Under the pieces are notes generated by a model. That model was not told where the DNA came from. It did no database searches and saw nothing but the letters and a program-made list of their open reading frames with translations. A stretch of 33,009 nt of DNA from a virus (lineage: Duplodnaviria > Caudoviricetes): the IMG/VR virus record IMGVR_UViG_3300025390_000026, positions 1-33,009 of that record; one strand, 5' to 3'. Shown piece after piece: positions 8,617-14,574 of the stretch; the first letter of the stretch is position 1, and the number at the start of each line of letters is the position of its first letter. The translations under genes and the position numbers were made by a program.

Positions 8617-9027
8617 TCAGCCCTCCTCGTCATCTTCTTGGTTCATAAAGTTGAGGTCCAGGAAGACCCCTTCGGCGTTGATACCAGCGATGAACTCCTC
8701 GCGGATTTTGCGGCGTTCGGCAAGCACGCCTGCCTTCTCCATCAGGCAGCGGTACTGATGGACTGCCTCATAAACCTCGCTCTTGGCGCAGCGACGGCAC
8801 GCAGTGTCAGTCAGCGAACCATACTTATTGCCTTGGGGGTCAAGGCAGATGAGAATGGTGCTAAACGCAACATCAATCGCGCTATCAATATAGCCCTGAC
8901 CTTGCTCGGTGGCGTAGTAATCGTTCTTCAAGACTTGATTCTTGATGATCATAGTAATAGCAGTATCGCGCATCGCATTGATGACTGCACTGCGGAAGTG
9001 ATCGTGTTCGGTGTCAAAGATATTCAT
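8617..9027 (-). CDS. Hypothetical early protein (likely start ATG 9027)
   Basis: AGAGGA RBS before MNIFD; first gene after promoter 9078-9108. Confidence 0.65.
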   Translation of the reverse strand: MNIFDTEHDHFRSAVINAMRDTAITMIIKNQVLKNDYYATEQGQGYIDSAIDVAFSTILICLDPQGNKYGSLTDTACRRCAKSEVYEAVHQYRCLMEKAGVLAERRKIREEFIAGINAEGVFLDLNFMNQEDDEEG

Positions 9028-9077
9028 GTCATTAGTCCTCTGTTTTGTTGAGAGCACCGCGCTCTTTGTCTATGATC

Positions 9078-9108
9078 TATTTATACGCTATGTCGTATTT
9101 AATGTCAA
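9078..9108 (-). promoter_or_regulatory. Sigma70-type promoter whose -10 is a TATAAATA box
   Basis: TTGACA (9108-9103), 17 bp, TATAAA-TA (9085-9078). Confidence 0.75.
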
Positions 9109-9183
9109 CCGATATCTTTGCCCAAACCCATTTTCTTTTGTAAAAAAGTTTTTTATTTTTTTTAGGAAATGGGCAGAAAACGG

Positions 9184-9211
9184 TTGACTTAGGTTTGTAA
9201 GGCTCTATAGT
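9184..9211 (+). promoter_or_regulatory. Sigma70-type promoter, divergent from 9108
   Basis: TTGACT, 16 bp, TATAGT, with A/T tracts upstream (9131-9164). Confidence 0.6.
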
Positions 9212-9263
9212 GAGAAATGTGGCGAGTGACGCTACTAACACACACACACACAGGAACTACACA

Positions 9264-9623
9264 ATGGCTTGGATTATGACTAAGGACGAGTTCGTCGCGA
9301 TGCTGGACAACGCGACCAACTATAAGAATGAGCGTCTGGCTAAGTGCACCACTGCATACCAGCGTCGTAAGTTTATCAAGGAATACAAGGATACACTGAT
9401 TGAAGTCGGCATGAATCACCTCGTTAGCCATGATATCTTGGTGAAGGATCTGGCTGATCTTTATGCTGGCAAGATTGATCGTAAGTTGGCCAAGCAGGTG
9501 ATCAGCACGATTGAAGGTGCTCTTCCCATGTATTGGGCTCTGGGCATGGCACAGCGGTCTGCCCAGTTCAAGGAATCGGTTGACAATCTTTGGGAACAAA
9601 TGTTTGGTTCGGAGGCAGCGTGA
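9264..9623 (+). CDS. Hypothetical early protein (likely start ATG 9264)
   Basis: (CA)7 leader then AGGA RBS before MAWIMTK. Confidence 0.75.
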   Translation: MAWIMTKDEFVAMLDNATNYKNERLAKCTTAYQRRKFIKEYKDTLIEVGMNHLVSHDILVKDLADLYAGKIDRKLAKQVISTIEGALPMYWALGMAQRSAQFKESVDNLWEQMFGSEAA

Positions 9624-9624
9624 T

Positions 9625-9921
9625 ATGTTGTATGATACAGGTCTATATCGTCACAGGATCCGAGCACAATCATATGAGATTGCGGTGTGTATAGAAGTAG
9701 ATGATCGTTGTTACCATTATAATGGTGATAACTTTGATCCATTTACTCAGGCTATTCATGATGCGATTATGAATAATCTTGGACTGTTAGGCACAGTGCA
9801 GAATACATGGCAAGGACGATATGAGGTATTGTCTCGGCACAGTGAATCTTGTATTCAATCTATTGTGACTTCTATTATAGAAGAGATTGAAGAAGCTCGG
9901 ATTCGTATATACTATTCATAG
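9625..9921 (+). CDS. Hypothetical early protein (likely start ATG 9625)
   Basis: GGAGG RBS; starts 1 nt after the upstream TGA. Confidence 0.65.
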   Translation: MLYDTGLYRHRIRAQSYEIAVCIEVDDRCYHYNGDNFDPFTQAIHDAIMNNLGLLGTVQNTWQGRYEVLSRHSESCIQSIVTSIIEEIEEARIRIYYS

Positions 9922-9950
9922 CATTAGTCCCTGCAGAAGGCAGGTATTAA

Positions 9951-9981
9951 TAATCCCCGCAGAAGGCGGGGATTACCTTTT
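9951..9981 (+). terminator. Possible intrinsic terminator
   Basis: Perfect 10-bp stem TAATCCCCGC/GCGGGGATTA, AGAAG loop, then CCTTTT. Confidence 0.55.
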
Positions 9982-10000
9982 GTAGAAGCAGCAGCATAAG

Positions 10001-10153
10001 TATTCTGTGAGACATCTGGCCGGGTGCGCCGGCAGCAGGTTGACCTGTAACTGAAACTGTAAGGCATTCCAAGCAACTGACCAAGTTACCTGATCTTGTC
10101 GGTAACATGCGGCCTCCCGAATAGCAAAGAAATCTATTATGTCTCACATAATA
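10001..10153. other. Multi-branch structured non-coding element
   Basis: 15-bp closing inverted repeat with 1 mismatch (10001-10015/10139-10153) enclosing four short hairpins. Confidence 0.55.
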
Positions 10154-10157
10154 AGGC

Positions 10158-10186
10158 TTGACATCATAAATAGAATGTCGTAAGAT
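10158..10186 (+). promoter_or_regulatory. Sigma70-type promoter with embedded ATAAATA
   Basis: TTGACA, 17 bp, TAAGAT; ATAAATA at 10166-10172. Confidence 0.7.
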
Positions 10187-10255
10187 ACAAACATAGTAGA
10201 GAGCAATGACGCACTCTACTATGTTAAAAAAGACAAACACAAAGGAGGGTCTACA

Positions 10256-10693
10256 ATGGCTCAAAGTCTAAAGAGTAAGATTCGTAAACTCACATATCAG
10301 TATAATGTAGAAGCAATCATAGATACAGCACACGAAGTCCGTGCTGATATCAAGGATGAAGAAGATTGGATCGTGATGTCCAACGAAGAGCAGTTGCAAT
10401 GGTTCTATGATCAATGCAAACATTATGGTCTTACTACAAAGCAGCGGTCAAATCAAATCTCTGTAGTTGAGTTGCCTGAAGTTGGTAATCACGGCGGATC
10501 TAAGGCATACTTCACTGTATTTTTGCCTTCATCTATGCACGAAGATGGTGACTGGGAGCATGGCATACATCTTGAGATTGGTAGTGCTTATGCTAATAGC
10601 AAAGCAGGTCAAATCTGGCCTAGGCATCCTGGCAAGCGAGGCAAAGAGAAGCAAATCGCTGAAGTTATGCGTTTGCATATGATCGGCAAATAG
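10256..10693 (+). CDS. Hypothetical protein, stand-alone transcription unit
   Basis: 145 aa, AAGGAGG RBS, own promoter and downstream terminator. Confidence 0.8.
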   Translation: MAQSLKSKIRKLTYQYNVEAIIDTAHEVRADIKDEEDWIVMSNEEQLQWFYDQCKHYGLTTKQRSNQISVVELPEVGNHGGSKAYFTVFLPSSMHEDGDWEHGIHLEIGSAYANSKAGQIWPRHPGKRGKEKQIAEVMRLHMIGK

Positions 10694-10766
10694 TCTTAAC
10701 GAATATCAATGATGGGGTCATCTTCTTCTTCCCTTCGCGGTCATTGATATTACGCTCACAACTCTG

Positions 10767-10801
10767 GTCCCGAAGTTGGTTAAGAATCGGGACACCTTTT
10801 T
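10767..10801 (+). terminator. Intrinsic terminator
   Basis: GTCCCGA/TCGGGAC stem followed by ACCTTTTT. Confidence 0.5.
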
Positions 10802-10813
10802 ATTCGCAGGCAT

Positions 10814-10841
10814 AAAAATACCCCCCTTTTGGGGGGGGGTA
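10814..10841 (-). terminator. Intrinsic terminator
   Basis: On - strand TACCCCCC-CCCAAAA-GGGGGGTA then TTTTT. Confidence 0.75.
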
Positions 10842-10950
10842 AGTCATCTCGCAACATGGGAATATAGTAGGGGCCCTCGCTGTAGACTACGGATGACGGC
10901 CGCTCTACGAAGCCCGATGGGCACAAAGGAAAGGAACCGAGAGCCCCTAC
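10814..10950 (-). ncRNA. Putative ~137 nt structured small RNA
   Basis: ATAAATA at 10962-10956 with the 13-bp stem starting 6 nt later (10950-10938 pairs 10879-10867, U-G wobble only on - strand), internal hairpins, terminator at 3' end. Confidence 0.6.
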
Positions 10951-10964
10951 AAAGATATTTATGC

Positions 10965-11399
10965 CTATGCGAGTGTGCTGCGCAACATCCACTGAAAGCG
11001 ATAGTGATCGTCAAGGCGCGCTTCTAGGTAGTTTACGAGACCGTATGCTTCCTGCTCGCCTGCCACAGCATGAGCATCGCGTATTGTCTGGCATACAGTT
11101 TCGGTATCAGCCAGCAGTTCTCTAATCATGGTGAGAGCATCTGGCGTATCTGTAGCATCTGTGATCTTGCTGAGTTTTGTGATGCGATCTAGGCTGAAGG
11201 GAACCACGCTCTGCAAGGACCTTATTTCCTCGGCGATCTTGTCAATGTTCTCTTGTGCATCTTCATACACCTTCTGCAGCAACTTGTGATACTGATAGAA
11301 GTCGGGGCCCACCACATTCACATGATAGCCGTGTGACTTTGTATAGTACTGGAAGTTGGTGGCGAAATACACCTTCATCAACGTGATTAGTTCATCCAT
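10965..11399 (-). CDS. dps: Dps/ferritin-like protein
   Basis: HGYHVNVVGPDFYQYH...Y......DKIAEEIRSL ferroxidase signature and C-terminal WMLRS; ATAAATA at 11428-11434. Confidence 0.9.
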   Translation of the reverse strand: MDELITLMKVYFATNFQYYTKSHGYHVNVVGPDFYQYHKLLQKVYEDAQENIDKIAEEIRSLQSVVPFSLDRITKLSKITDATDTPDALTMIRELLADTETVCQTIRDAHAVAGEQEAYGLVNYLEARLDDHYRFQWMLRSTLA

Positions 11400-11426
11400 C
11401 TCTTTGCTCTTTCCTGGGCTGAATAT

Positions 11427-11720
11427 CTATTTATGAAGGAATGCTACGCCCATAAGAACTGCAGCGCCCAGTGCAGGGAAGAACCAGCGTAGGAAGGATT
11501 CTAGGAATACCTGATATGTCTTCTCGTCCTCTTTCATCTTGCGCTCCACCCAATGTAGTAAGTCAACAATCTCGTGCGGTTCATAGCCGTTCCTACCTGC
11601 AGCAATATCAGCCTTGAGTTGCTGCTGGTCCATGGCCAACTCGTTTACCTTAGTCACTAAGGATTTCTGTCCGTCGTTGATCTCCCTTAGGAGTTGTAGG
11701 ATTAGGTCTTCGTTCTGCAT
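11427..11720 (-). CDS. Coiled-coil protein with C-terminal TM helix (holin/XhlA-like position and shape)
   Basis: Heptad-like N-terminus, WFFPALGAAVLMGVAFL TM segment; lies after the fibre genes. Confidence 0.55.
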   Translation of the reverse strand: MQNEDLILQLLREINDGQKSLVTKVNELAMDQQQLKADIAAGRNGYEPHEIVDLLHWVERKMKEDEKTYQVFLESFLRWFFPALGAAVLMGVAFLHK

Positions 11721-11890
11721 TATTCTGGTATCCCAAAGAAGAGTTTTGCTTCCTGTTCAGTCTCAAACCAGTACCATCCATTGTATGGATAGGTGAGAGA
11801 GGGAGCAGTTTCGGCATCAATATATTCTCCGCTGGGGAAGGTGATGCAAGGACCGCTGAGCAAAGTATCGTTTAGATAAGAGTAATACAT
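11720..11890 (-). CDS. 56-aa protein missing from the ORF track; possible fibre chaperone
   Basis: ATG 11890 to TAA 11720: MYYSYLNDTLLSGPCITFPSGEYIDAETAPSLTYPYNGWYWFETEQEAKLFFGIPE; fills the gap, TAATG overlap with next gene. Confidence 0.75.
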   Translation of the reverse strand: MYYSYLNDTLLSGPCITFPSGEYIDAETAPSLTYPYNGWYWFETEQEAKLFFGIPE

Positions 11891-11894
11891 TTTG

Positions 11895-14240
11895 TTATCC
11901 TGTTACTGTCCAGTTCTTGAAGGTGGCTAAGTTAGTGTTTAGTATGCGTGATGATACTGCTGTTGCAGTGCCGTTACCTGCGGGATAGGCGTTCAGCACC
12001 ACGTTCGCATTTGTATTTACTGCAGTTACCTGAATATTCACGCTCATGGTCGCGCTTCCGTTGGTAAATGTCAAGGGAGTGCCGCCTGGTGTAGCACTGA
12101 TGTTATAGGTCCAAGGACCGCTGCCCGAAACATTGCTGGTGTAATAGAGCGTGTTGGCTGCTATGTTGCTGGTAGTTACTGAAGGGAACGCAACTACAGT
12201 GTTTGCTGTGGGCATATAGGTGCTGACGCTTACAAGATTGCTGCTGAGCGTAGCGGCATAGCCCAGTTGGACGTTTGCGGTGTTGGATATCTGTGCACCA
12301 ACTACCACGCCTACCGTGTTAGCCATAGTCATGACATTGCTGGCGTTGTTCCAAATGGCTGTCTTGCTGAGTGCAGTATCAGTTCCTGGGTTACCCGTGA
12401 CGGTGATTGTCTGGGCGCCGTTAGAGATGAGACCGTTAGCAAATACCGCTTGCATAGTGTTGGCACTGAACTTGGCTTGTAGAGTTATCGGGAACTTAAT
12501 GTTGGTAGAATCAAGTTGTGATAGATTAAAAGTGGATGTTATAAAGTTAGTCGTAGCGTTGGTCACATTAGTTAAGTTATAGTTGGGAATATTTTGTAAT
12601 GCAACACATAAGTTAAACATACTGGTTGCAACTGTAACATTATTAGTAGTCATAGAAGGAGCAGATAGCAAACCATAACATCCATTAAATGTACTAAGTG
12701 TAGTTGTAACATTGGCGGTATTAGATAGAGTAACACTTGATAATGCATTACATCCTTGAAAGCAAGAACTTATATCAGTTGCTTTAGGGATATTTAGGTT
12801 GGCAGTGGTTAATCCAGTGCATAGATAAAATGTCTGTGACAGGTTAGCCACATTGGAATAATCATATGAAGGTGTAGTATTGAGTGAACAGCAGTTACCA
12901 AACATATTCTGCATATTAGTAACATTGCTTGTGCTAGTAAGGGGCGGTGCAGTAAGCAATGAATAACATCCATTAAATGCACCATTCATAGTAGTAACTT
13001 TTGCAGTATTAAATGCAGGAACACTGGTTATAGAATAACAACCGAAAAAAGCATTTGCCATAGTAGTTACGTTAGCAGTATTGAACGGCGGTATACTGAT
13101 TAGTGATGGACAGGTACCAAATATGTTTTGCATATTGGTTACTTTGATAGTATTATATGTTGGTGCATACAATAGGTTTGTGCATCCGTTAAACATACCT
13201 AGCATAGTAGTCACATTTGCTGTATTGAAGAAAGGAGCCACTGAAAGTGAAGGACAATTATTAAACATATTAGACATATCAGTTACAGATGATGTATCAA
13301 ATGTAGGCACACTAATCAAAGCGTTACATCCTTGGAACATACCTGATGTAGTAGTAATCTTATTGCCACCCAATATTCCAGAAATAGTTTTTAGATCAGT
13401 ACAAACAGCGAACATCTGGGCAGCATTAACTGAGGTACAGTTAGTAAAATCATATACAGGAACATATTGCAGTGCATAGCAGGTATTAAACATATAATTT
13501 AAGTTAACTGTGGTTGAGGCAAAGTTTAGATTAGGAGCATTTTTTAATGAGAAACAGTAAGAAAAACCGAACTGGGCATCACCTACAAGAGCATTGCTGG
13601 GCCAGATAACATTTTGTAGGCTATAACAGTTTCTAAAAAAGCTTGATAAGGTCCAGTTAGTGGAGGTAGACAAACTTACAACATTGATTTGTTCTAATAA
13701 AGATTGTAATATACTGTTACTATTTGTTCCTATACTAACGCCTGTAAAATAAGGACTTCCTAATACAATATCTAACCAAGGATTAGTAGCATTTGTCCAA
13801 CCAGCACCTGCAGGAACAGTTGAGTTTTTTACCTGTAGATTGATACCAGTCAAGTTACCAGACACAGCAGTAACTTTTACGACGGCTTGTTTATAACCAC
13901 GTGAACTGATAGTAGATGCTGATAGGTTGGCATAGTTATATTGATAGTTTGCCTGTACGCCGCTGGCATAGGTCAGGACAGTTCCATCTCCCCAGTCAAC
14001 CTGATAGTTACCTGCACTGGTTGTAGCAGATATGGCTATGTAGTTGGCATCGTTGTTCCATACAGCAACCAGACCAGCGAACAACTGAGTTGTAGCAGTA
14101 AGCGTAGGAAGAGCCAACCAATCACTGGGACGCACATAAGGAGTAGGAGATGAAACAGGAACATATTGCTTAGGCTTAGATTGCGGTATTACCGCATCCT
14201 TATTTCCTCCAGATGCATTGGTGCCATATCTAACCGACAT
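11895..14240 (-). CDS. BspA/DUF285-type repeat virion or receptor-binding protein
   Basis: Many ~23-aa repeats like FNTANVTTMLGMFNGCTNL; VDWGDGT PKD-like motif; in tail module. Confidence 0.8.
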   Translation of the reverse strand: MSVRYGTNASGGNKDAVIPQSKPKQYVPVSSPTPYVRPSDWLALPTLTATTQLFAGLVAVWNNDANYIAISATTSAGNYQVDWGDGTVLTYASGVQANYQYNYANLSASTISSRGYKQAVVKVTAVSGNLTGINLQVKNSTVPAGAGWTNATNPWLDIVLGSPYFTGVSIGTNSNSILQSLLEQINVVSLSTSTNWTLSSFFRNCYSLQNVIWPSNALVGDAQFGFSYCFSLKNAPNLNFASTTVNLNYMFNTCYALQYVPVYDFTNCTSVNAAQMFAVCTDLKTISGILGGNKITTTSGMFQGCNALISVPTFDTSSVTDMSNMFNNCPSLSVAPFFNTANVTTMLGMFNGCTNLLYAPTYNTIKVTNMQNIFGTCPSLISIPPFNTANVTTMANAFFGCYSITSVPAFNTAKVTTMNGAFNGCYSLLTAPPLTSTSNVTNMQNMFGNCCSLNTTPSYDYSNVANLSQTFYLCTGLTTANLNIPKATDISSCFQGCNALSSVTLSNTANVTTTLSTFNGCYGLLSAPSMTTNNVTVATSMFNLCVALQNIPNYNLTNVTNATTNFITSTFNLSQLDSTNIKFPITLQAKFSANTMQAVFANGLISNGAQTITVTGNPGTDTALSKTAIWNNASNVMTMANTVGVVVGAQISNTANVQLGYAATLSSNLVSVSTYMPTANTVVAFPSVTTSNIAANTLYYTSNVSGSGPWTYNISATPGGTPLTFTNGSATMSVNIQVTAVNTNANVVLNAYPAGNGTATAVSSRILNTNLATFKNWTVTG

Positions 14241-14241
14241 A

Positions 14242-14568
14242 TTAACTTAACTCCGAACCAAATAGCGAGAATGATACATTTGCCGTGCCTGCATAGATGG
14301 TTACCACGTCAGTTGTTGCTAGAGCGACACCAAGAGTGAGGAACAGGCTATCGTTGGCATTTACAGGAAGTGCGTATAGGATGTATTGTGATGCTGTAAG
14401 AGCAGCACCTGCAGGTCTCACTGCTACGTTGATGGTAGTGCTGACGCCCTGATTGCAGATGCTGAGTGTGCTCGCAACTGTTTGTGTAGCAGCAGGAACT
14501 GTGTAGAGCGTGGTATTAGTTGTTGCTGCTGGGTTGCTTTGTCCGAGGACCTTATATGCCGTTGCCAT
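14242..14568 (-). CDS. Small virion structural protein
   Basis: 108 aa beta-rich ORF coupled between fibre genes. Confidence 0.7.
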   Translation of the reverse strand: MATAYKVLGQSNPAATTNTTLYTVPAATQTVASTLSICNQGVSTTINVAVRPAGAALTASQYILYALPVNANDSLFLTLGVALATTDVVTIYAGTANVSFSLFGSELS

Positions 14569-14574
14569 TTGTCG

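Noticed and set aside
7944-8648. 234-aa + strand ORF and other + strand ORFs over the structural genes
   Set aside because: Antisense shadows of well-supported - strand genes, with no RBS or motifs seen
10001-10153. Retron msr-msd or hammerhead ribozyme
   Set aside because: No reverse transcriptase in the genome and no CUGANGA/GAAA core in the right arrangement
9947-10264. - strand ORF, and ORFs 10776-11027 (+) and 10780-10992 (-)
   Set aside because: They run through promoters, terminators and stems with unprotein-like composition
10867-10950. tRNA
   Set aside because: No cloverleaf, no TTCGA T-loop at the right place, 13-bp closing stem
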